NCBI GenBank assembly: GCA_000934665.2
Contig: KZ538554.1
Coordinates: 1-64,000, forward strand
DNA from: Catajapyx aquilonaris
Taxonomy: Eukaryota
Reading direction: 5' to 3'
DNA length: 64,000 nucleotides
Shown: positions 1-12,562 of the stretch, one piece after another
Layout: each line of letters starts with the position of its first letter
Numbering within the stretch: the first letter of the stretch is position 1
Translations under genes and position numbers: made by a program
The notes under the pieces: generated by a model
Databases searched by the model: none
The model's input: only the letters and a program-made list of their open reading frames with translations
What the model was told of the DNA's origin: nothing

Positions 1-23
1 CTGGGTACCATACAAACTAGACC

Positions 24-519
24 TCATTTATTTATTTATTTATTTATTTATTTATTTTACCCCGTGATAGAGCTCTAGGTATATAGTCTGGTGACCCGGG
101 GTAGCTTGCCCCCTGGGGTAACTGGTTGTTTACTGCTATCCTCTTACATATGCTGCCATGGTGATTGTCCCCGGGATAGCTTACCCGGGGTCATCAGACT
201 AGGGGCCCTAATCCCTTATAGGGGGTGGCAAACCACCTGAAGTTTTCTAGTGTGTGTAGTTTTCTTCACTCTCCGGTGCAAGGAATCAAGGCCATAGGCA
301 TAGGGTAAGGATTTTTGGGGAGGGAACATGGGTGCAAGCGCAATGTCTGAAAAGGGTCATGTGCTGTTCCCCGGGAGGTTAGGTTGTCAGACACCTCCAA
401 GGCGTGGGTCATAGACCCTCCTGACGCAGGTGAAAGGGGAACTCCCAGGCGGGGGATCTAACCTGGGACCTTTCACTCAGCAAGCCAAGTCATTACCATC
501 TCGGCCACCGCACCTCCCC
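24..519 (-). mobile_element. tRNA-derived SINE, full length with target-site duplication
   Basis: The head GGGGAGGTGCGG is followed by an A-box TGGCCGAGATGG (507-496) and a B-box-like GGTTAGATCC (463-454). A (TAAA)n tail lies at about 26-56, and the direct repeat ACTAGACC at 16-23 and 520-527. Confidence 0.85.
84..201. mobile_element. Small TA-flanked MITE nested in the SINE
   Basis: Imperfect terminal inverted repeats TAGTCTGGTGACCCGGGG.. and ..CCCGGGGTCATCAGACTA, with TA at both ends (84-85 and 200-201). Confidence 0.75.
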
Positions 520-1185
520 ACTAGACCCTATAAAATGTTATACATAGAGTGCAACTAAAGGATGACTGACCAGTTTTGCACTCCTGCGCTTCCAGTTACA
601 CTTCAATTTGCGTGGCCTCACGAACAGTCGTGATACAGCTGGACTATTAATATGAAACAAATACTGTATTAATACCTCCATAATTGCCCCACAGATGGGC
701 AACCTTGAATTACCTTGTGCAAATGGCCCGTTTTTTGGGGGATTCCTGATGAGGGTGTAGACATTGCAATAAATTGCCCATATAAAAAAGGCAACTTTTC
801 TTCTTTGCAATGGTATCATCGTTGATATTGCCATTTCTGCGACTCTGCCGAATCAGGAATTTGGGAACCCACATTTTGTAAGGCCAGTTCTACAAGAAAA
901 AAATAATTAGTGAGCCACAGTGGCAGAAATATTCCTGGAAAAGTAAGAACCAACCTCTCAAGTTCTTTGCCAAAATAACATCTCCTCCCCTTTCTTGTTT
1001 ACTCGTATCCATGGCACAAGGTACCTAGACACTTCATTGTTGACATCCTTGAAATTAATGCATTTCAAAAAAAAGTTTGTCAACTGAATAAAACATGGAT
1101 TGATGTACATTAAATAATGTTCGTCTCCTGGCAATGCATGACCTGGAACATTTTCGACTTGAATATAAATAAATAAATTGGCTAC

Positions 1186-1442
1186 CCTGCAACATGCTCA
1201 TTTCCTCTTTTTTTAAATGTCCGCCTTCATTCATCGAGGTTAATGGATATTTATCATGGGAGGAAACAGTAGAATGCTGAGAAAGCCAATGCGAATGAGG
1301 ACAGAACCCATCAGAATTATTTCCACATGAGAAAGAGTCCTCCTTCATAACCAGGGATCGGATGTGGGACCTCAGACTGGGCTTATGTTGCCCTATGCAC
1401 CACCATGCTGGGCACACATCAGTATAAGTCTCGGATATATTG
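1186..1442 (-). CDS. Candidate internal exon of the left-edge gene, product unknown
   Basis: Good acceptor cttgtcctttacaaattttgcag at 1443, inside the 184-aa ORF 1055-1609. The donor CAGG|gtagcc is weak and no domain is recognisable. Confidence 0.25.
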
Positions 1443-3080
1443 CTGCAAAATTTGTAAAGGACAAGTAGGGTAAACCATATAGTGATGGCCAGTTTAGTGT
1501 ATGGGTCTAAGCAATAAATGCATATCCTCATAATTTCTTTCCATGTAGGTTTTCTAAAATATTTCTCCAATAGTAGAAGGTTTGCCCATTCACACACTAT
1601 CAAATTCACTCAAATCTGTCAGAATGTGTATATACTCATATATGTAGGCCTATATTAAAATGCACAAAATATACTACCTAAAAGACAGTGATGGCCATGG
1701 CAGCAAAACAATAAGCTATATCTACAGTAGGAATCAAAGGATCTTCCCCATCTGTAACAATATGCAGATTAGGAAGGTAGGCCTAACTGACATGAGAAGA
1801 AGCCACACAAAACCCTAGATGTTGTAGGGAAATTTCCCTGAATATTTAATGTCGTACGCATTATCCCCATCTACAATAGGCCTTTACACACAATAAGGTA
1901 TGGATTTGCTTTTGCTGTCATAGGCTATATAATTCTGTCTGTGGACAGATTTTTGACTTAGGTCAAGACAGGCACAGGAGATGTCACCAAATGACCATTT
2001 CTTCATGGTATGGCATTTGCAGGGCTTATTTCTTAAAGAACCCACGCACAAAGGGCCATCACTATACAGTTTACCCTACAATATTCGGTAGCACATCATA
2101 AGGTCAAATTATTCAGTACAATTTTCATGTCAGGACAAAAACTTCATAGCATACTTTCCATGCAATATATTTACACAATATGTACACAATGGGGGGGAAA
2201 TGCATCACTTTTCACTACTTGGGGCGCTCTCGCCGATGTGACCCTACTGCACCATGAAAAGCATGGGGAATGTACTAATATAGTTATTTTTGTTAGTTAT
2301 TCCAAGTGCAACTATACATAAGTATACCAGTGGAGAGTCCATAATTTTATCTGTGAGTAGCAATGCTGAAGTCACTATGTAGTCAATTTTAAAAGCGGTT
2401 GAAATTTCTTAGCTCTTATTCATCAGCCAGCACATGGCTCTAGAGGTGACATTAATTCTGTCCCATTTAGGATAGTAAGCGTTATATAGTGTTGCCAGCT
2501 TGTTCCATGAAGTGACTGAGCGTAAGTTGGATCATTTAGAATTGCTGCCAAAGACATAATGGTGGCACAGTCAGTAAGTCACAAATAAAACTGTGTGCCA
2601 CCGTCAGGATGACTGTAATACCCCTGATCTACTTACAGATATCTAGACTGGCATTGACATAATATTTTGTATTGTCACTGAACGGGCAAGTCCTATGAAA
2701 TTTAACCCACTTCTGAGACTTTTCTAGATAGCTGTTCGGCAAAGTTACTACATTGTCAAGTTATTTTGCTTCCTAAAAAACCGCTGTCCATGATCATAGT
2801 AGTCTTCTCCGAGAGTGTGGTGCCACCAACTCCCAACTTTCGTGTCCTGTGGAGATTACAAGCTGGCTTTATATCACGAGTAAAATGTGGGACTTCCGGT
2901 GGTATTCTTGTCATTCTCGTAATCCAAACGTGAAGTTCACTATTGCGGAAATTCCCCGTTTCTCTCAATGGTAGGTATAGGGTCACATCGCCGACTGCGC
3001 CATATGCGCTGAGCTTTCCAAGTTGCCCCCCTTCCCCCCCCTCCCCCCATTCGAACCGTTATACGAAGTCTCACACTCAC

Positions 3081-3260
3081 GCTGACTTGAAAATCCATAG
3101 TTTACGTTCCAAAAGAAAACAATAACAATAACACAAGCCCACGTACCAAACAACAAGATGGCACTGATGACGAGAAAATTCCAGTTACACTCCTTCGGAA
3201 TCAAGATACTCCCGCACTCGCGTTAATTTTAACACCTTCAGACTGCACTTTGACCACTCA
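3081..3260 (-). other. Candidate first exon of a second gene running off the left edge (possible ATG at 3098, MDFQVS)
   Basis: Consensus donor AGC|gtgagt at 3081/3080 within a CpG-containing, promoter-like block. Sequence to the left is visibly CpG-poor, as expected for a gene body. The 5' boundary is approximate. Confidence 0.4.
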
Positions 3261-4082
3261 TACGTTACGCACACACGTCACGTCTCACAAGAAAAAAATA
3301 ATAATAACGAGCATAACCGCCAGCTGAGGACAAATTCACACACCAAGTTTGTTTGATGGTTCCTTGGGACCTGTCCGTTTTAATTGCTTTTCCACGCGTG
3401 ATTGTGTTTTTTTTATCCTTCTTCCCAGTGCCGTGAGCATGACAGGTGTAAGATTTGTCACACCGGTCGTCGTCACCCAATCAGTTGGCAGCATCTCTGA
3501 GAAGGAGGATGGTAAATCAGTCCCCCATCTGTGATGTGGTCAAAGGCGCCTCTCCGCAGGGTCTCCACAACCTGGTGGAAAAGAAAGAGTTTTTTATGAG
3601 TTGATTGCGTTATTTATGGCCCGTGTTTAAATATAAAACACCGAAAGTTTATGCGCGCGCGTGTGTATGTGTGTCTAACGATTTGCCGAGCGTAATAATC
3701 CCCGAATTTGTGGACAGTCAGGAAATGTTTCCGTCCCTCTCGATAGGAGAGGAGACGAACTTATTATCAGGCTGTCACCACCCGTTATTATAGAGACCCA
3801 ACTCTTTGGCTTGGCTGATTACTCCTATACGACTTGCGAGCGTAATCATGGCAAACAAACGCTGACAGATGCGTCGCACCAAGCCTATAGCAGAAATACT
3901 CCCAGTGCCCTGGCGAACACAGCCACTAATAAAACTTTCGGAATGAAAACATTTGAACACCTGATTCACAGGACGATCATATTCACATTTCGGACATAAT
4001 TGATTTCCTACTTCTATATACGGTATACTATCTCGCGTTCAAATCAGTTTTCTACTTCAGCCTCCTAGAAAATAGCGACTAA

Positions 4083-4207
4083 TGGCCGGTTTCACCGAGC
4101 TCAGTATATGATAAAACCAGGGTATTTCTCAAAATCTCTATCTATTTGTATGGATTTTCCTAAAGAAACCTGGTTTTATCATATACCAAGCTCGGTGAAA
4201 CCGGCCC
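4083..4207. mobile_element. MITE, PIF/Harbinger (Tourist)-like
   Basis: Near-perfect ~38-bp TIRs, GGCCGGTTTCACCGAGCT..GTATATGATAAAACCAGG and its reverse complement, flanked by TAA and TTA. Confidence 0.8.
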
Positions 4208-5896
4208 TTAATAAGGGATGATGCAAATTTTAAACTTCACAGAATTGTGTCTCTCATCGTTCTGCATTTCAAATCTTAATTTCTGGGAGCAGAAACTCGA
4301 TGGGCTTATAACCGGACAAAAAAAATTAGTAGGTTACAGATCCTGCCTGAGTGTCCATCAGCAGTGTCCGGTCTGCCATCATCCTTTCGGGCGCGTAAAA
4401 CTGTTGCACCGCATACATTGCTTATCTCGTCTCCTTTTATTTACTTCTGCTAACTCATGAAGGTAATCCCAGTTCTTCGGCAAGTTTCCCCATCGGAACG
4501 AAATTGTTTGCCGCGGTTTCATCGAGAAGAAAAGGCGCGGTCCAAAGGGAGTTCAGATTGGACCATCGGACGGAGAGGCGTGCGCCCCCCTTCTTTTTCC
4601 CCCTGCCCTCCAGTTCTTTTTCCTTCCTTCCTCTCCCTTCTTTTGCTTTTCAACAATGACGTCTGACAGGTTCATTTCCTTGCTCCCAAAGGGATGGTGG
4701 TGACATATCAATCGGATCCGGGGCCCGATGAAGGGAAGGGTGATGGGGAGTTGGTGGTAGGGGGTGTTTCACTCTGCGATACACACACGGTCCGGGCCTT
4801 GTTTCCTCATCAAACACTGGAGGCCTGGGTTTTTTGGTCGCGGGTGCAAACCGCAAGTCACTCTCTCATCTCTTTTTTACGTGCTGCCTCTCCCCGCCAT
4901 GTTCAGGCTCAATTTGTGCCACCATTTTATAGGGTGGAACGTCAGTTTCGACCTGGGGCGTCATTTTTCCTCACTTAGCGGTGCCCAAGAGGACCACTTG
5001 GTGTCATTTGTTGCGGGGAAGCGCTTTTTCTGGGCCAGTATGCACATTGTTTCTCCAAAATCTCTTCAGAGGATTTGGTACTGGCCGTTTGCATCCCTTG
5101 GAGGTGAATAAATTGCTTTAAAATGCTTTCATACAGAGAGTTCGGATTACTGGCCTCCAGGTAGTCGTGGAGGAGTTTCCGCTCACAAAGAATGGGTTAA
5201 CGAATACGAAAAACCTGCTTCATCACTCACAAGTCTTTCTGCGCGTGCGTGTTCATGGATCCTGCATGTGGTCGTCCATAAAGTATGACACGCTAATTTT
5301 TGGATTATTTGACACCCTCTCCTCCTTCCTCCAGGTCACGCACAGTCACGCTGAGCCAGACTCTGTACCCAATAGATACGTCACCCTGTTGTGGACTACA
5401 GATCCCTCAATTTTAGGATTTTTCTTAAACTAAAAATTGATTTTGGGGGTAACACCAGTACCTTGTGTTAAGAGGGCCCAACCCGAGGCCCAACCCCCAC
5501 GTCACGTCTGTACAGCAGTGGCGTATTCTCCCCCCCCACACCCACCAGTATGACGTACCTTTTGGAGGACCACTTTGGCAAAGTGTGTGCAATAGTAGAA
5601 TTTGGCGGATGGAGACTGGTGTATTGTTCTCGTTTTCTTTAGCCTTTCGTTGAGAGTATATTGATGTTCTCCACATCTCTACAAGAATTGAACAAAGACG
5701 ACTTATGACTATTTTCTATGGGGCACTTCCGGATTAGAACCAGAATCCTATTTCGGATCCTGATGCAGTATAAATCCTTTCATGCTGGCGCTTCTGTTTC
5801 GTACCCAAAACTTGCCGGTGAGTGCAATGTACCACATGGGCAAAAGGCAAAGCAGGTTCTTCTCCCGAACTACTCCATTGAATTATCCTACAACCA

Positions 5897-6625
5897 TACT
5901 GTAGGGGAAGCTCTTGTACCTTGGGACAATTTTTACATGAACATTTTTAACTTTGGCAATATCTGTTACTAGTCCTTTATTTATGAGCCAGTGGATAAAG
6001 CACATATTATGGATTAATCATATAAATTTTCATGTGGGCTAGCATCAACTTCTTGATCACTTTTAAAAATAAATACGGAACCTCTGCAACCGTCCCAAGG
6101 TACAAGAGTAGTAGTGCACACCTAATTGGGCCATAGGGATGTGTACCTTGGGACAACAACAAAATGAAATATGAGAGTAGACTACTTCCAAATAATTATG
6201 TCCTTGTTTATTTTAATCCAGGTACATTTTGAATGCATGTAGCTCCGTATAATATGCGAACAGTTTACATTTGGTGTGGAGTAATCAGTCAAATTTAAAA
6301 ATAGGAAGGCCTACACACACCTAGGAATATTGTGGCGCACAAAACGCCCTAGCAGCCCTAGCAGCCCTAGAAGAAGCCAAATTCGGATCTTTGTGGTACC
6401 TTTCACTAATAAGGTGACTGAAATTACTTTTACTACCTAAAAACATACATTTTCATGCAGCAGGCAGACACTTAATCCGATGACGCTGAAAACACAATGG
6501 GGTGAGGGCCACTCAAGGAGCATGACATTAGTGCAGGTTAGTGCTTTTTCACGCCAACAGATTTCGAGAAAAATGTCCCAAGGTATACAAGGCGGTCCAA
6601 GGTACAAGAGCTTCCAGAAGATAGT
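5897..6625. mobile_element. Non-autonomous DNA transposon with repeated subterminal motif
   Basis: Perfect 19-bp inverted repeat GGAAGCTCTTGTACCTTGG at 5906-5924 and 6597-6615. The TACCTTGGGAC motif recurs internally in both orientations at about 6092, 6144 and 6575. The outer ends are degenerate. Confidence 0.65.
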
Positions 6626-9009
6626 GTAGTGGTGCAGCACTACTTCCTTCTAGTTCGTTGACGGTACGATGAAAGCGAGAGGTATTTGATGTTTATGTGC
6701 ATCACAGCCAGAGGGTGATGATAAGAGGAGGACATCAGTGGGGGAATTCCAGCCTCCGAGATACATTTTAGCTCTCATACTATCCACAAAAGAGGGCTTA
6801 AGATAGGCATTTTTGTAAAAAGAAGAAGAGGGAGGATAGAATACCAAGTAAAGGTCATTCCGACGACTCCTGCAGAACGAATAATAGCTGAAGAGTGGGT
6901 CCGTATCCCAAAGTATATAAGTTGGGCTAACACTTTTTGGCAGAGTCAAGTCATCCTGAAGACTATGGGTTCATTTGGTGGGACCACCTGTAATCCTCTT
7001 TGTCAAGTTGGAGAAGGCCGATGGAGCGTGGAATGGCTTACCCTTTAGTCCCTTTACTCTCTATACGATTCTTTTCGGTCGTCACAAGCAAACTTTTTTT
7101 TTTTTCCTCCAACGTTGCTTCGGTCCAAGACTATTGTGCAGTGTTTTTTTTTCTGTTAGCCAATCCTCCAGCAACTGGAGCAATTATTTTCAAATAGTGC
7201 CGTGGTTGTGTAATCAGAATGTACCTTCGTTTCCTTTTCCGTCACACGCACGGAATCCGCTCTCAGAATAATGATTTGACGTTGTGGAGGGATTACGTAT
7301 CAGCATTCTGAGACGCCAAAGAAATTCTGTAGCGGAGGAAACTCGTTTCGGAGAAATTCATGGCGGAGTTCAACGAACGTATTAAAAATACGTGATACAT
7401 GTAGTCATTAATCATGTTTTCATTTGATTGGGAGATGGGTAATCAATCAGGAATCTGTCGCGCCATATCATTCACGTAGTACACAAAGATGAAATATCGA
7501 TATCCAACCATCCTATCAAACCTCAGCATTCAAATTACACGCGCTCATCTAACCGCGCTGATCGACATTACCGCAATCCAACAACCGCCTCTAGTTATAT
7601 ACTACATTTTCTTCTTTTTTTTCTAGAAATATCCAGCACCAAGGCGGGCCTGGAAGCTGAATGGATTGTCCCAGAACATCCGGATGCGATCTTTTGATGG
7701 CTTTCTCCAGGGAATCGGGTAGGAAAAAGACCCGACTTTATTCAGATTTGGTCACTGCTCTTCCGGTACCTGTTTTCGTCGCTTACAGCCAATCAGATTA
7801 TCGGAGCAGGCTGCAAAAAGTATCTTAGTAGTGGAGCTAGGGGGGGATGAAATATGGAAGTTCATTTCGCCAGGATGTTGAAAGGCAAGTGCCAGGGAAA
7901 TTTCCTTCCCTTCCCCTCTCAGTTTCATTCCTACTTCAAAGAGAATCCACTTGTTATGTCGTCAGGGCTTTCCAGCAGCATCAGGCAGACTGAAAAGACC
8001 TGTCCCCGCGATGGTACACCTTCTAGAAATGTGTGTGCATGTGCCGCACCAGGTGCAGATTTGAAAGGCGATTTATCTGCTAGGCGTGGAAATATCGCTT
8101 GATTTTCCCAGCTCTGCAGGTAGACCCAGAAGAAAAATCGTTGCATCCACAATCCTGAGTGAATATTGGATGTAGAAGAGAGCCTAGAAGCCATTTCTTT
8201 CCCACAAAGACCGAGTGACAAGCAGAAAACGACCCCGACTTGGTTTATTGTCGCGTAAACTCCGCACGTGATCGCATATACCGCGTTTCTATCCCAGTGG
8301 CAGGCAATCATACCGGAGAAGAAAAAAAAATCGGGAGACATATTTCTTTCGCTCCAGATTCTCTTCTGGCTGGTGCGTACATCCCGCAAGTGGTTGGTAT
8401 GGAAGAAGTAGCAAGCACGATTGCCTCTCCCCTTATTAAATCCCGCTAATCTTTTGCCCGTTACCACGCCCAATTTCCCATACCATCACCGCAGCTTCCT
8501 GAGGTGCTGCAACCTTAAGTGCACACAGTCCTGTTAATTGGTTCCAGGAAGGAAGGAACGGGGCTCAATGGCCAACTTGGGAGAACTTCAACTTTAATTT
8601 TCAAGCAGACGGCTTCTTCTCTCAGAATGAATGTCGCCAACGGCATTGCACGAAAAACTCGGCCGTAGTCGGTGTAATCAAATAACTCCAGACTCCTTTA
8701 TTTCTTTTTTTAAACAGATTAACTCGGGTTTGCGTTGTTGTTTTATGTTACGCGTTGTAGTGAAGAGGTGTTTAAGCAAAGCAAAGTAGGAGTAATTATG
8801 CGAACTTTTCTGCAGTATTTGTACACGAATTTGTCGGTACATTTATCGCGAAAAACTGTGGATCGAGAGCATATACCGGGAAACATGGCGTAGAAACCTA
8901 TAATTGGAGTAAGGTTATACCACCCTAGTGATACCATCCATTCACTAATGGTAACATGATATTAATTCAATTTGGGATCAGATACATCATTACCGAATAT
9001 AGACATCAA

Positions 9010-9254
9010 TACAGGAAGTTCCAAGTATATGGGTCTCTTTAGTTATATAGGAAATTCCCTCGAAACTGGTATTTTGTGTAGCTTGTGGCGCCACGATCCA
9101 AGTGCCCTGTTATACGTATAGAAACTGCTATATCCTACCAATTGGAAATAATAGGGTACCTAGATCAGCGCAACGAGCTAATTTAAAAAATAACAACTTC
9201 AGGGGTCATTACAGAGATAACTAAATACGACCCTCATACTTGGAACACACTGTA
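9010..9254. mobile_element. Tc1/mariner-type MITE (degenerate)
   Basis: TACAGGAAGTTCCAAGTATATGGGTC..TTTAGTTAT matches the reverse complement of ATAACTAAATACGACCCTCATACTTGGAACACACTGTA; both ends are TA. Confidence 0.7.
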
Positions 9255-9842
9255 TATTGCCTCAGAAAGAATGGCTTACTGCCTAAGAACAATCATTATT
9301 AGCCCAATAAGACAAGGGCCGACGACGCGACGTCCAGCACAAAAATGATGGGGGTGCACAGAATTTATTTTTAACTCAAACCGAGTGCTTACTTCAATTC
9401 AATACAAGACCAGGGACAAGACCATCCAAACATTAAATAGACTAATATTTAAATGTTGTTGCGTTCTTGCGTATAGTGCACGGAGCATTCTTATTTATAC
9501 CTTAGTTATTTTACCGCAGCGCCACTCCACCTCCCCTAATAAGCGACATTTACGATACCAAGACGTAAAATGCGCAACGAGCAGTCACATTTTACCTAAA
9601 ATAGAGCTACAGACATGGTTTACTATAGTCCACGAAGGGTAGGTCTACTTTCTGATGGTAAAGTCAGATTTCTGATAGAGAAATTGCAGCTCCGCATAAT
9701 TTTTTTAAATAAACATCACACAAGGGACGATGAAATCTTCCAACTTCAAACCTGCATTTAAAGTCTTCATACGGATTCCACGAACAAGTGTACTGTAATT
9801 TGATTCCAAATTCATAGACATAGCCACACCTTCGCTACATTA

Positions 9843-10009
9843 TACTATCTGGTTCAAATACTTTTGGCCACTTTATCCTGGTCGTGAAGCAACCCTTAAC
9901 ACACACACACACACACACACANNNNNNNNNNNNNNNNNNNNNNGGGTCTGTGCGAAGGGTTGCTTCAAGACCAGGATAAAGTGGCCAAACCTATTTGAAC
10001 CCGACAGTA
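9843..10009. mobile_element. TA-flanked MITE with ~55-bp TIRs enclosing a (CA)n tract and an assembly gap
   Basis: TACTATCTGGTTCAAATACTTTTGGCCACTTTATCCTGGTCGTGAAGCAACCCTT pairs with the reverse complement of 9955-10009 with few mismatches. The Ns lie at 9922-9943. Confidence 0.8.
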
Positions 10010-11342
10010 CATTTAGGCCATTGTTCTATTGGGTTATTCAATGATTAATTATTACAGTATGGGTGTTTTAAACGCAATTGAAATATTCGCGGTAAATGTA
10101 CTATAGAAGCTACCTCAATCGCAGTCTGTTACGAGCAGTTATAGATATCCACACCCTTTCCTAACTTGTCCGCAAGCCTTCATTATAGAGGATCTTCATT
10201 GGGAAACAGAAGTATGCGTTTTATGAACTCGGCACCGAACCGTGGGGTAGACATTATTAATGTAATAAGGAGAAATGATGAACGAAGAGCAAAAAACTCG
10301 GGCTAACAATGAGGGCGATATCTCGGTTCAGCATACATTTTCACAAAATAAGGTTCATCAAGCGTTGGGCCGCTATTGCACTACTTTTCTATTCTGCTTT
10401 TGAAGAGGGTTTTTAATTTGAATCCTTACACTACTGCCGCAAGTAAAAATACGAAGCTGTAATATGGCCATGTGTAACGAATACTGATTGTATGAAATAG
10501 AAGAACACAACATCAGATGAACTGATAATGAATCCACTTTATAACAATTGAAATTGGGTATTGTTCAGTCAAACATAACCCATTGCTCCGTGCTTTGTTC
10601 GTATGTATGGAGAGGTCCATGCAGCAATAATGGTAATGTATATCTGCAAGCATACTAAATTTGTGCTTTAAGTGGTTTTTCAAAATAAATAATGACTCGG
10701 GTAATGAAATGATTAGCGTGCAATATTTACAGGCGGATTGGATTTTGTGACAGCAACAAGGCAGCTCTTCCTGTCCCACATTTTCGGACTTTATTCATCA
10801 TGCCTCCAAAAAAATGCTTCTCCATACATGCGCTAAAATTCCAATTTGCATTGTCTTCCGAAACTTATGCGGGGGAGGTCACTGGGACCCCCGACATTGT
10901 GTTATACATTTTGAGCAGAGTTGGGAATAGGGAAAGGGAGGTTATATGCAAACATCCACCCTCAAAATAAAATCCCGATGGCTACGGGCTACACGAGGGT
11001 ACGTCGTTGTAAAAAGACGCCCCACCTAGGTGGCTCATCAGAAGGCGATGTGCCTGCAGCTGGTACAAAATCTGGCATTTTCGTCTCTTTTTTCCTGCCT
11101 GATATAACGTCACAAAATCCACATAGCTACAAAATGCATGTTACAAAGTTATGGCTCAATAATGTTAGAAGTTGTACAGGTTTATTCTACTCGTATATAA
11201 ATGTTTTGAGTCATTTTTGCCTGAGCTGGAGGCAGAAAAAAGTACGGGTTCTACGCTCCAAACCCTCGCATTAGAGTCGACAAAAAACTCAATATTGAGC
11301 TTTTCTATACAGATTCTTACGAACGTCCCTATTGGTGCGTAC

Positions 11343-11712
11343 GGGTAGGCTGAGTGGCGCTGCGGTAACGTATGCGTCCACGGATGTAACGGTCCTGAGT
11401 TCGAACCCAAGCCCGGGCATCCTCCCCTTCATCTCGTGCAGAGTTGGGTCGTCTCTGCCTTCGTCTCGGGTGAGATTCCTTGAGACTAACAATCGGGGGG
11501 AGGTCACAAAATGACCAGGTGCCGACTGCACATTCCCTCCCTCTCACCCTGCCCATGGACCCGGGCGTTTCGTGAAAATGTTCTGCATGTACTGTACTGA
11601 TTGTACCAAGATTAATAAAGGTCCGTGCAATAGACCCCAAGAGGGGTAAAAGCACTACCTGATGATGATGATGATTATTATTATTATTATTTATTATTAT
11701 TATTATTGTTAT
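11343..11712 (+). mobile_element. tRNA-derived SINE, full length with 13-bp target-site duplication
   Basis: A-box-like TGGCGCTGCGG (11355-11365), B-box GAGTTCGAACC (11397-11407), AATAAA near the 3' end and a (GAT)n(TTA)n tail. The direct repeat TATTGGTGCGTAC lies at 11330-11342 and 11713-11725. Confidence 0.9.
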
Positions 11713-12199
11713 TATTGGTGCGTACTGTAGGCCTACAACTATCCCGGGGATAAATAAACCGTCCATTGTGAGCTCGGAACAAATACAGTATGTCTACAGG
11801 CTATCAAGAAAGTATCAAGCAGGTACTGTGCATGTTACACTCTCAAGTCTCAACACGTTGAGGTATACAACTATACAGTGCGATACTAAACGTTCATTAT
11901 AAATCAACTATTGCTGCAGTGGTTTTATATAATATGGAAGATCTGAAATTCATAACGATCAGTCACATTTCATTGGAATGATTTCCCAAAAACAAGTTTA
12001 AAAATTGCATATCGTACGGGACTTTAAAAAGTTTCTAAGGGACTATCACTTCTCTGTCAGAAACCTGACTTTATACATTCAGCAAGCACAGCTCGAGGAT
12101 TATATTGAGTAATCTGTAACTCAATTTTGACCAAATGTGACTCTGATCGTGTGGCATTTCAAAGCTTCATAACATGCAGAAGGAAAACCCCGCATTTCT

Positions 12200-12227
12200 A
12201 GAGAGGGAGAGAGAGAGAGAGAGAGAG
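12200..12227. repeat. (GA)n microsatellite
   Basis: Read directly from the sequence. Confidence 0.9.
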
Positions 12228-12339
12228 AAAATTAGTGATCAACATCTCAAATTGACATTGCAATCCCTTCCCACATTGCAGGCATTCTATAGCTACCTCA
12301 TATCTCAATATTCTGCTTGCCTGAGAAACTAGAACTTTA

Positions 12340-12562
12340 TACAGGGTGGAACATTTGTCAACCGGACACCTTTAACAATGGGAGTGGGGGATGGGGGGGG
12401 GGGGTATAAGTCATGGATTATTTACTCTAACCGGTTTAAACAAAAGCAACAATCCCGACCACCTTCAAGTGTTTATATGCCAAGGGAGGCAGAGTGAGTA
12501 TGTAGCCCTGATTGTTGCTTTTGTTTAAACCGGTGTCTGGTTGATAAACGGTCCACCCTTGC
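12340..12562. mobile_element. Tc1/mariner-type MITE with an internal perfect inverted repeat
   Basis: The left end TACAGGGTGGAACATTTGTCAACCGGACACC matches the reverse complement of GGTGTCTGGTTGATAAACGGTCCACCCT. An inner 25-bp perfect IR lies at 12430-12454 and 12510-12534. Confidence 0.7.

Noticed and set aside
6650..6949. 99-aa aromatic-rich minus-strand ORF
   Set aside because: An in-frame stop lies just upstream, the acceptor is weak and no homology is recognised.
11343..11420. Possible tRNA gene
   Set aside because: It has A and B boxes but no proper cloverleaf, and continues into a SINE body, tail and TSD. The same applies to 445-519.
11329..11766. 145-aa ORF with poly-I/N/H
   Set aside because: It is the antisense translation of the SINE microsatellite tail.
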